From Pseudoalteromonas translucida KMM 520 (GTDB lineage: Bacteria > Pseudomonadota > Gammaproteobacteria > Enterobacterales > Alteromonadaceae): a stretch of DNA of 32,000 nucleotides. The stretch is taken from positions 1,620,001-1,652,000 of the forward strand of contig NZ_CP011034.1 in the NCBI RefSeq assembly GCF_001465295.1, in the 5' to 3' direction. Both the position numbers and the translations under genes were made by a program. How positions within the stretch are numbered: position 1 is the stretch's first letter; each line of letters opens with the position of its first letter. Below, in pieces: positions 7,616 through 15,185 of this stretch. The notes under the pieces are model-generated. The model did not search any database. It saw nothing but the letters and a program-made list of their open reading frames with translations, and was not told the origin of the DNA.

Positions 7616-9976
7616 TTAAAAGTAGCCGCGAATACCAAATCGCAAGTTTCTACCTGGTAATGGGGCGGTGTCTTTAATAAATGAGCTATGTACAAAGCCA
7701 AGCTCATCAGTAATGTTATCAACGTTGATATACAGTTGTGTATCAAGGTTACCTAAATCTAGCTGATAGTTAGCTTGTGCATCAAATAAAGTATAACCAT
7801 CGGTTTTAGTCTCATAGGCGGTAATATCGTTTTGTGAAAAATAATGGGTACCGGTTAATGCGAATTGCCAGTTACCTAAGGTGTATTGCAACTCAGAGCC
7901 TAACTTATTAGCAGGAATACGAGGTAAGTTTTCATCGTCTTGCTTGAGTTTTGCTCGCGTAGAGTCACCAAATACTTTAACCAAGGTGCTTGCGTTAACT
8001 TTATAATGCGCATCAAACTCTAAGCCATACAGCTCGGCGTCTTTACTGGTAAACTGATACACCGCTACACCATGGTCGTGGCCGTTATCAGCCGCTTCTA
8101 AACCATGTTCTTCATCAAATACTAAGCCAGTATTTTCTTGAAAGTAAAAGTTTTTAATATCATTATAAAAAAAGTTTACAGAGTAACCAAAGTCACCGCT
8201 AAAGCGTCTAAAACCTAAATCAATATTAGTTGAAGTTTCTTGTTTGATATTCTCGGGTTCAAAATGCGCTTCACCGTCTTCAATATGATAGCCTAGGCCA
8301 AGCTCATAGGTACCAGTTGCAATGTGTAAGCCATTAGATAATAGCTCTGCAGAGAGCGGGGCACGTTCTGAATGTGAAAGGCTCATTGCCATACTATATC
8401 CAGGGGTATATTGCCAAATAGCACCCATTGAAGCGCTAAGGTTAGTAAAGCTTTTAGTGTAGTCAAGTATTTCAGCATTGCTTGTTTGCGTGTCATCATG
8501 GCTATGCTGATGCGTTGCTATTTGGCTTTTTATTTTATAGTCTTCTACCCGCGCACCTAACTCAATAGTTACATCACCAAACTCACGTTCTTCTAATAAA
8601 TATAAAGCATTAGTGGTAGTTACACTGGCTGGCGTAAATGCTTCTTCGCCGTTGGCATCATAATCAGAATCACTGTAGTGATAACCCACCATACCGTGCC
8701 AATCAGCTAATCTATGTTCTATGTTTAAGCGTGCTTCAGTGGTTTTATTCTTAAACGTAGTACCTATTTCACCATCTTCAATTTCACTGTGTAAGTAATC
8801 TGTATAGCCTAAGCGTAAATTAATGGTTTCAATCCAATTATTATGCAGCGCATAGCTTAATAGGCCTTGCCAGCGATCTTGCTCTAACTGGGCAAAAACC
8901 GGTGTTTCTTCATGTGCTTCATCACTATGGGCATCGCCGTCGGCTGCGTGATCGTGTTCATGATCATGCTCATGGCCAGGAATACCATAATCCGTTTTTA
9001 TTTTGCCGTAAGAAAATCCAACCGTTAAATGCTCACCTACGTAGCTAGTACCAAAGTTAACGGTTTCACTGTCGATAAAGGTATTCTCTACAGAATCTTT
9101 ACTTTCAACATCACCATCTTCGTCAAGCTGGTTAAATTGTGGTGTTTGATAGTCATCGCCGCTGCGTTTAGTGCCATCAAAATGAAAGTTAAAATTGTTA
9201 TAACCCGTCTCTAACTTTGCAGCGTAGGTATTCGCGTTGGATACCGAATCGTGACTATATTCTACCGCACCGGTTAATTCATCTATATTACTCGTAGGAA
9301 TGCGGTTATCAACTACGTTTACCACACCACCAATAGCACCAGAGCCATACAGTAGGGTACTTGGGCCACGTAGTACTTCTATTTGTTCAGCAGCTAAGCT
9401 GTCGCTAGAAGTAGCATGATCAGGGCCAATGCGCGATGCATCACTGCTGTCTAAGCCATTTTGCATAATTTTAACTCGAGGGCCATCTAAACCACGAATA
9501 ATTGGGCTTGATGAAACAGGGCCAAAATAACTCGCGTTAACGCCCGGTAAGCCTTTTAGGGTTTCGCCAAGCGTTGGTTTTGACTTGTTTCTTAGCTCAT
9601 CTCCCGACAGTACACTTACCGGAGAAATCATTTCTAAGCTACTTTTGTGCAAGGCTGATGCAAACACAACTACGGTTTCAATAGAGGTTGGCTTTAAAGC
9701 AATTGCAATATTGTTTGATGACTCGGTTACCGTAATGCGTGAATCGCTATAGTTATCTTTGCTAATATGCAGCTGGCCGCTCGAATCAATATCAATGGCA
9801 AACTCGCCAAGCTTGTTAGTTTTAACGCTTTGAGATTTACCGTGTACATGAATAGTAGCGTTTTCAATAGGTTGATTTTTTTCATCTGTTACTTTGCCAT
9901 TAACAGTGGCAGCAAGTGCAGAGTGAGAGCATAAAACAGAAAAAATTGCAGAGGAAATTAATGTTAGCTTAGTCAT
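7616..9976 (-). CDS. TonB-dependent outer-membrane receptor, ZnuD-like (probable zinc or other metal uptake), with an N-terminal carboxypeptidase-regulatory-like domain
   Basis: The 786-aa protein has a signal peptide (…SHSALA|ATV), then a small beta-sandwich-like segment (VNGKVTDEKNQPIENATIHVHG…). A plug domain follows (IEVLRGPSTLLYGSGAIGGVVNVV). The C-terminus is the barrel signature ending …RNLRFGIRGYF. His/Asp-rich stretches are present: GIPGHEHDHEHDHAADGDAHSDEAHEE, THQHSHDD and NGHDHG. Confidence 0.88.
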   Translation of the reverse strand: MTKLTLISSAIFSVLCSHSALAATVNGKVTDEKNQPIENATIHVHGKSQSVKTNKLGEFAIDIDSSGQLHISKDNYSDSRITVTESSNNIAIALKPTSIETVVVFASALHKSSLEMISPVSVLSGDELRNKSKPTLGETLKGLPGVNASYFGPVSSSPIIRGLDGPRVKIMQNGLDSSDASRIGPDHATSSDSLAAEQIEVLRGPSTLLYGSGAIGGVVNVVDNRIPTSNIDELTGAVEYSHDSVSNANTYAAKLETGYNNFNFHFDGTKRSGDDYQTPQFNQLDEDGDVESKDSVENTFIDSETVNFGTSYVGEHLTVGFSYGKIKTDYGIPGHEHDHEHDHAADGDAHSDEAHEETPVFAQLEQDRWQGLLSYALHNNWIETINLRLGYTDYLHSEIEDGEIGTTFKNKTTEARLNIEHRLADWHGMVGYHYSDSDYDANGEEAFTPASVTTTNALYLLEEREFGDVTIELGARVEDYKIKSQIATHQHSHDDTQTSNAEILDYTKSFTNLSASMGAIWQYTPGYSMAMSLSHSERAPLSAELLSNGLHIATGTYELGLGYHIEDGEAHFEPENIKQETSTNIDLGFRRFSGDFGYSVNFFYNDIKNFYFQENTGLVFDEEHGLEAADNGHDHGVAVYQFTSKDAELYGLEFDAHYKVNASTLVKVFGDSTRAKLKQDDENLPRIPANKLGSELQYTLGNWQFALTGTHYFSQNDITAYETKTDGYTLFDAQANYQLDLGNLDTQLYINVDNITDELGFVHSSFIKDTAPLPGRNLRFGIRGYF

Positions 9977-10001
9977 GAGTCTTTAAGTTCGTGGTTGTTA
10001 T

Positions 10002-10024
10002 GTTGTGATATAATATAACACTAC
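10002..10024. promoter_or_regulatory. Zur-box-like palindrome 1, overlapping the receptor -10
   Basis: The core TGTGATATAATATAACAC (10004-10021) resembles the gammaproteobacterial Zur operator core GTTATAWTATAAC. It overlaps a minus-strand promoter: TTGAAC (reverse complement of 10035-10040), a 17-nt spacer, then TATATT (reverse complement of 10012-10017). Confidence 0.55.
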
Positions 10025-10041
10025 AAAAGCGACAGTTCAAT

Positions 10042-10064
10042 GATGTTATAGTATAACTTTAACG
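10042..10064. promoter_or_regulatory. Zur-box-like palindrome 2
   Basis: TGTTATAGTATAAC (10045-10058) matches the Zur core TGTTATAWTATAACA. It lies just upstream of the putative -35. Confidence 0.55.
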
Positions 10065-10329
10065 TTACTTGTTATTCCAAAGTTGTATTGTGATTAAAAA
10101 ATACTTTATTTATTCTAAACGGATGGACTTGAAATAAAATTAGCTGGCTTGGTCGTTTTACTCTTTGTTTAATACTATGTGTTTTTGTAGTTAATTGTTA
10201 CCCAAACTAATATCAATTGACAATAAAATTGCGATAGATATGATGCCTCAGAGTATGGTCAAATTTATTGTTATCGTAATTGTTTATAATAAATATTTAT
10301 CTTAATGTAGTACAAAGGGAAAAGTTGAT

Positions 10330-10734
10330 ATGACCACTAAAGTGCTTAAACTGGCGCGAGAGCAGGGTTTTACCTTGGTTGAGCTGATGATAGCTATTGC
10401 TATATTAGGTGTTTTATATTCTGTTGCTTTACCTAATTACACTTCTTATATCCAACATAGCCGACGTGCTGACGTACAGCAAGTATTGCTGCAGCAAACA
10501 GCTGTTTTAGAACGCCAATACACGCGCGTGGGTGGTTACCCCAAAACCTACACATTTCCCGCATCAGATTACTATGCATTTAGTTATCAATCCGATGCTA
10601 GCCAAGGTGGCTCTGATGGTAGTGAATTTAGCCTAAAAGCAACCCCAAAAGGTGCTCAGAGTTCAGATAAATGTGGTGCATTAGTGGTTAATCAAAGTGG
10701 TATTAAATCAGCGGCTACCGAAAAATGTTGGTAA
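10330..10734 (+). CDS. pilE: Type IV pilin, PilE-like (minor pilin class)
   Basis: The prepilin leader ends QG|FTLVELMIAIAILGVL with Glu+5. The C-terminal Cys pair (DKCG…NQSG…EKCW) matches P. aeruginosa PilE. Confidence 0.8.
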   Translation: MTTKVLKLAREQGFTLVELMIAIAILGVLYSVALPNYTSYIQHSRRADVQQVLLQQTAVLERQYTRVGGYPKTYTFPASDYYAFSYQSDASQGGSDGSEFSLKATPKGAQSSDKCGALVVNQSGIKSAATEKCW

Positions 10735-11174
10735 ATAAAAAAGCGGGCTTTACCTTAATTGAAATGATGGTGGTGCTAGGTATTATTGGTATATTAGCCG
10801 TTGTGGCAGCCCCTTCTTTCAGTAGCTTTATAAAACGCGATAGATTAGTTACCAATGCAAATCAGTTGCATGGGATCTATAAGTTTGCCCGCAGTGAAGC
10901 AATAAAACGTGATCAACAAGTTAGCTTAATTGCCAATAATGACCAGTGGCAGGTAAAAACAGACATAGATGGCTCGCAAACAACACTTAATATTTTTACA
11001 GTGACCCACGATACTATCAATATAAATTTGGTGGAACTCGAAATTTCTAGTACTGGCGAGTTAGGTTCCAGCTATTCACTTAAAGTAACTGATGATGACA
11101 ACAGTGGCAATTTTACTTTGTGTATTTTACAGAGCGGACAAAGCTGGTTAGTAGAAGGAACTACAATATGTTAA
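10725..11174 (+). CDS. fimT: Type IV minor pilin, GspH/FimT/FimU family
   Basis: The cleavage motif is AG|FTLIEMMVVLGIIGILA, followed by the FimT-type helix (…FSSFIKRDRLVTNANQLHGIYKFARSEAIKR). It overlaps the pilE-like stop by 10 nt. Confidence 0.75.
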   Translation: MLVNKKAGFTLIEMMVVLGIIGILAVVAAPSFSSFIKRDRLVTNANQLHGIYKFARSEAIKRDQQVSLIANNDQWQVKTDIDGSQTTLNIFTVTHDTININLVELEISSTGELGSSYSLKVTDDDNSGNFTLCILQSGQSWLVEGTTIC

Positions 11175-11578
11175 GGAAATATAATGAAGGTTTTTCATTA
11201 TTAGAAGTGATGATTGCAATGGTCATTGCAAGTGTGGGTTTATTAGGCTTAGCTACGGCACAATTAAAATCGTTACAGTATATAACTAATAGCTTTAATT
11301 ACACTGTGTCTATTATCCAAGCAAATAATGTATTAGAACGTATTTGGCCTCATTTATGTGAATTGCAGCAAACAAACCCCAGTTTATATAATGAAAGTGA
11401 CTTTAGAGCCTATTTAGCGCCACAAATTAGTGCATACACATTGACTTTACCTGCTAATTTTTCAAACGATTTAACGGTAGAAATAGCATGGCAAGATCAG
11501 CGCTTAACCGATAATTTAGAAAATAGGGTAGCGCTTAGCGGAAGCTTTCCCACGCTACCAGCAGGGTGTACGCCATGA
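11168..11578 (+). CDS. pilV: Type IV minor pilin PilV
   Basis: I prefer the ATG at 11168 (MLRKYNEG|FSLLEVMIAMVIASVGLLGL), which overlaps the fimT stop (ATGTTAA). The N-terminus is PilV-like (…AQLKSLQ…N…A..ANN.LE). Confidence 0.75.
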   Translation: MLRKYNEGFSLLEVMIAMVIASVGLLGLATAQLKSLQYITNSFNYTVSIIQANNVLERIWPHLCELQQTNPSLYNESDFRAYLAPQISAYTLTLPANFSNDLTVEIAWQDQRLTDNLENRVALSGSFPTLPAGCTP

Positions 11579-12087
11579 GTGAGGTAATCGTCAAGCAGCG
11601 TGGCTTTACCCTTGTTGAATTAATGGTAGCACTTGCGGCCAGTATGTTTTTGTTAGGGGGGGTGAGTTTAGCGTACTCTTCAATTAATTCAACGACTAAT
11701 ACGGCTAAAGGATTAGAAAACACCCTAGAGGTAATTCGCTTTAGCAGCAACGTCTTTACCCGCAGTTTTAGACAAACCTCAAGCGTTCCTGTTTATTTAA
11801 ATAACATATTAACGGTACAGCAAAACGCCGGCGCTCGCGCGTGTACGGGAGAGATTGTTAATACACCATTTACTGAGCAATATAGTCACGAAGATGACTC
11901 GCTATTTTGTGATATTGGTGATGGTAAAGTTAAAATACTTAAAGGGCTCACAGCAATTAATTTTAACATTAATGACAAGGTGGTTACTGTGTTTGTAACG
12001 GCTATTAATTTACCAGGGCAGTTTAATAATGCATTGGCTATAGATATTGCACTGTCGCAAATTATTATGAATAAGGCATTTAGTTAA
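11575..12087 (+). CDS. pilW: Type IV minor pilin PilW
   Basis: I prefer the ATG at 11575, which overlaps the pilV stop (ATGA). The motif is QRG|FTLVELMVALAASMFLLGGV with Glu+5. Position and size fit PilW. Confidence 0.7.
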   Translation: MSEVIVKQRGFTLVELMVALAASMFLLGGVSLAYSSINSTTNTAKGLENTLEVIRFSSNVFTRSFRQTSSVPVYLNNILTVQQNAGARACTGEIVNTPFTEQYSHEDDSLFCDIGDGKVKILKGLTAINFNINDKVVTVFVTAINLPGQFNNALAIDIALSQIIMNKAFS

Positions 12088-13686
12088 ATGAAAAACTCTT
12101 CCGGTTTTACACTTATTATTGTGCTTTTACTAACTTCATTAGCCTCCATTGTTGTACTGAGTTCGTTAAAAGATACGGTATTTCAAGAGCGGTTAAGTGG
12201 TAACTTTCAAAAAAAACTCAATGCCCGATTAATGAGTGAAAAAGGTATTTATGTGAGTATGGAAAACTTGCATTTAGGGTTGTCAAATAAACCATTGATT
12301 AACATTGAGGATTTAGTAGCCACTAATAGCGAATCACATGGTGATGGCTCTTTAGAAGCAAGTAAATATCATAGTGCGATTGAAGTTGACGGTGCAGGAA
12401 ATATTTTAATTATCAGTCAAGGTAATCGTTTTGAAGGCGAAGCAAGAATGCAAGCCGAATTTGAGTTTATACAAGGTCAAGCAGGTACAACAACCAAGTC
12501 AGCTTTCCCCTCGGGTGTGGTGTCTTGTTCTGATATTACATATGGTGGACATACCGCAATAGACAGTTACGATTCGTCATTAGGCGACTACAATGACGGA
12601 TTAATAGATGGATCTACCAATGTTACTAAAAAAGCTATTATAAAGGTGTTAGGTGATCCCGCTGTGATTAGTTTAGGCGGAGCTAAATCTGCTATTTATG
12701 GTGACATATTTGCAGTAGGTGACTTAACCATAGACGGTAGGACTATTAGTGGTAATGTGCATAGCAATGCAAGTATAACAATAATAGGGAAAACTGAAAT
12801 AGGTGGGAATGCCGCAGCATTTACAAATTACACTCAATCTTCTGGAACAGTACTAGGAGATGTGACTGCTAATGGGCAGGTTAATATATCAGGTAGCGCT
12901 AAAGTGTATGGGAAAGTAAAGTCAGCTGCAGGATTAGTAGAACAAGTTGCAATTACTGGGGTAGATACAAAGCAAGCGGCTGTTTGTGACTCTTTGAACT
13001 TACGCCAAGAAGTTCAAAATATAAAACCGAACTTTCCTCTTGCAGACTTAACACTTGGTAATACATTAATTTTAAAAACTAAGTCAGCAGCTAATAATGC
13101 TTCATTTACGGCAATACCAAGTACCTTCTTAAATGTAGCAACAGATATTTATTATTTTAATAATGTACAAATTAAAAAAGGCGAGCTGAAAATTGCAGAT
13201 AATCATAATGTAGTGATGTTTGTAAATGGGAACTTTTCTTTAGCTGCTAAGGGATTAATTACAATTCCAGAAAATAGTAGCCTCACATTAATTGTTAAAG
13301 GCCAGGTTGATATAACGTCAAACTCTATAGTTAATACTCCCAATAAAGGTGTAACTCAGGATGGACGTCCAGTATTTAGTATTTATAGTGCTTATGAGGG
13401 TAATGCTGGCGTAAGCCTTTCAGGTGGGCATAAACAAGTTTATGCCGTCGTATATGCGCCTTATACAGAAGTGACGATTAGATCCAACTCTGGGTTTAAG
13501 GGATCGGTACTGGCAGGAAAGTTAGTTGCTAACGGTGGTGGTGCAATTCATTATGATAGAGCCCTAGGAAAAGCAAGTTTTGGTGGGACAGTGGTAAATA
13601 CACCAACAACGCCTGGCAGATTAGTATTTAAAAGATGGGTATTCGTACCAGCAGAGCAAGAAAATAATGCCCCTTCAGATGATTAA
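12088..13686 (+). CDS. pilX: PilX-like minor pilin (PilX_N-type N-terminus, no Glu+5) fused to a large repeat-rich C-terminal domain
   Basis: The N-terminus MKNSSG|FTLIIVLLLTSLASIVVLSSLKDTVFQERLSGN is PilX/GspK-like, with Ile rather than Glu at +5. The remaining roughly 470 aa contain G-x-hydrophobic repeats (GDIFAVGDLTIDGRTISGNVHSNASITIIGKTEIGGNA…VLGDVTANGQVNISGSAKVYGKV). The tail reads …VYAVVYAPYTEVTIRSNSGFKGSVLAGKLVANGGGAIHYDRAL. The ATG directly abuts the pilW stop. Confidence 0.65.
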   Translation: MKNSSGFTLIIVLLLTSLASIVVLSSLKDTVFQERLSGNFQKKLNARLMSEKGIYVSMENLHLGLSNKPLINIEDLVATNSESHGDGSLEASKYHSAIEVDGAGNILIISQGNRFEGEARMQAEFEFIQGQAGTTTKSAFPSGVVSCSDITYGGHTAIDSYDSSLGDYNDGLIDGSTNVTKKAIIKVLGDPAVISLGGAKSAIYGDIFAVGDLTIDGRTISGNVHSNASITIIGKTEIGGNAAAFTNYTQSSGTVLGDVTANGQVNISGSAKVYGKVKSAAGLVEQVAITGVDTKQAAVCDSLNLRQEVQNIKPNFPLADLTLGNTLILKTKSAANNASFTAIPSTFLNVATDIYYFNNVQIKKGELKIADNHNVVMFVNGNFSLAAKGLITIPENSSLTLIVKGQVDITSNSIVNTPNKGVTQDGRPVFSIYSAYEGNAGVSLSGGHKQVYAVVYAPYTEVTIRSNSGFKGSVLAGKLVANGGGAIHYDRALGKASFGGTVVNTPTTPGRLVFKRWVFVPAEQENNAPSDD

Positions 13687-13715
13687 CTCGTTAAGCTGGT
13701 ATACTTATAGGGGCA

Positions 13716-13988
13716 CTACTTTAGTTTAATATGTATGTCGCCATTAGGTTTACAGCAACACAACAGTATTTCACCATCGCGTACAAACGCTAGAGGCTCT
13801 TCGTTATAATCAACTTTACCCGACACTAAAGTTGCTCTACAAGCGCCGCAATAACCTTCTCGGCATTGAAAAGCTGCGTCTATTTTCATGGATTCTAAGC
13901 AATGTAAAATTGAAGGGCAGCCAGCACTAAACTCTAAGCACTGGCTGGTTTCTGCAAGCGTAATGCTTGCAGTAGGTCGATCAGTCAT
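13716..13988 (-). CDS. yfaE: 2Fe-2S ferredoxin YfaE (RNR diferric-tyrosyl radical cofactor maintenance)
   Basis: The 90-aa ORF contains CREGYCGACR…LCCC, as in E. coli YfaE. Its start overlaps the nrdB stop (TAATG). Confidence 0.9.
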   Translation of the reverse strand: MTDRPTASITLAETSQCLEFSAGCPSILHCLESMKIDAAFQCREGYCGACRATLVSGKVDYNEEPLAFVRDGEILLCCCKPNGDIHIKLK

Positions 13989-15118
13989 TATAAATCAAAG
14001 TCACCAAATTCAGAGGCATCAACTTGTGAGTCTATTTGACCAACAAGGTAGGAGCTAATTTCAGCTTCTTGTGGTGCTACTTGCACGTTATCAGACACCA
14101 ACCAAGAGTTTATCCATGGGATAGGGTTACTGTTGTTTTTAAACTGTGCAGGAAAACCAATGGCTGTCATTCGGGCATTGGTAATATATTCAACGTACTG
14201 ACATAAAATGTGTTTATTTAAGCCAATCATTGAGCCATCTTTGAATAAGTACTCGGCCCATTCTTTTTCTTGCTCTGCAGCGTCAACAAACATTTTAATT
14301 GCTTCGTCGCGGCACTGCGCAGCAACAATCGCCATTTCTGGATCGTCTTTACCGTCTTGCATAATATTTAAAATATGCTGAGTGCCAGATAAATGCAGTG
14401 CTTCGTCGCGGGCAATAAGCTTGATTATTTTAGCATTACCTTCCATCAATTCACGCTCAGCAAACGCAAACGAACATGCAAAGCTGACATAAAAGCGAAT
14501 CGCTTCTAAAATATTTACCGACATCATTGCCAGGTAAAGTTTCTTTTTCAGCTCAAATAAATTAACAACAACAGATTTACCGTTAATCTCGTGTTTGCCT
14601 TCACCGTATAAATTGTAAAGCGACACTGAGTTAATTAAATCGTCGTAGTATTTTGTTACCGCATCGGCACGTTCACTAATTTTATCATTGCTAACTATGT
14701 CATCAAAAATAAGTTCAGGTGCTTGGGTAACATTACGAATAATATGCGTGTACGAGCGGCTGTGAATCGTTTCACTAAACGCCCACGTTTCTATCCATGT
14801 TTCTAACTCTGGTAGCGATACAATAGGCAGTAGGGCCACGTTTGGTGAACGCCCTTGTACGCTATCAAGCAATGTTTGATATTTTAAGTTACTTAAAAAT
14901 ATATGCTTTTCGTGATCAGGTAATGCTTGAAAGTCTAAGCGGTCTTTGCTTACGTCTACTTCTTCTGGGCGCCAAAAAAACGAAAGCTGCTTTTCAATTA
15001 GTTTTTCAAAAATAGGGTATTTTTGTTGATCATAACGAGATACGTTAACGGTTTGGCCAAAAAACATTGGCTCTTCCATTTGGTTATTATGTTTACGACT
15101 AAAGGTAGTATAAGACAT
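13988..15118 (-). CDS. nrdB: Ribonucleotide-diphosphate reductase class Ia, beta subunit
   Basis: It is near-collinear with E. coli NrdB (MSYTTFS…[39 protein letters not shown]…). I prefer the start at 15118 (MSYTTF) over the track start at 15127. Confidence 0.95.
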   Translation of the reverse strand: MSYTTFSRKHNNQMEEPMFFGQTVNVSRYDQQKYPIFEKLIEKQLSFFWRPEEVDVSKDRLDFQALPDHEKHIFLSNLKYQTLLDSVQGRSPNVALLPIVSLPELETWIETWAFSETIHSRSYTHIIRNVTQAPELIFDDIVSNDKISERADAVTKYYDDLINSVSLYNLYGEGKHEINGKSVVVNLFELKKKLYLAMMSVNILEAIRFYVSFACSFAFAERELMEGNAKIIKLIARDEALHLSGTQHILNIMQDGKDDPEMAIVAAQCRDEAIKMFVDAAEQEKEWAEYLFKDGSMIGLNKHILCQYVEYITNARMTAIGFPAQFKNNSNPIPWINSWLVSDNVQVAPQEAEISSYLVGQIDSQVDASEFGDFDL

Positions 15119-15146
15119 GTTTATCACTCAAAAAACTATCAGAATA

Positions 15147-15167
15147 AAGCGGGCTTAGTGCCCGCTT
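15147..15167 (-). other. Intercistronic stem-loop between nrdA and nrdB
   Basis: aagcgggc-ttagt-gcccgctt is an 8-bp perfect stem. On the minus strand a partly T-rich stretch follows, so it may be an mRNA stabiliser or a partial terminator. Confidence 0.4.
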
Positions 15168-15185
15168 AAAATAAAAACTCAAAAA

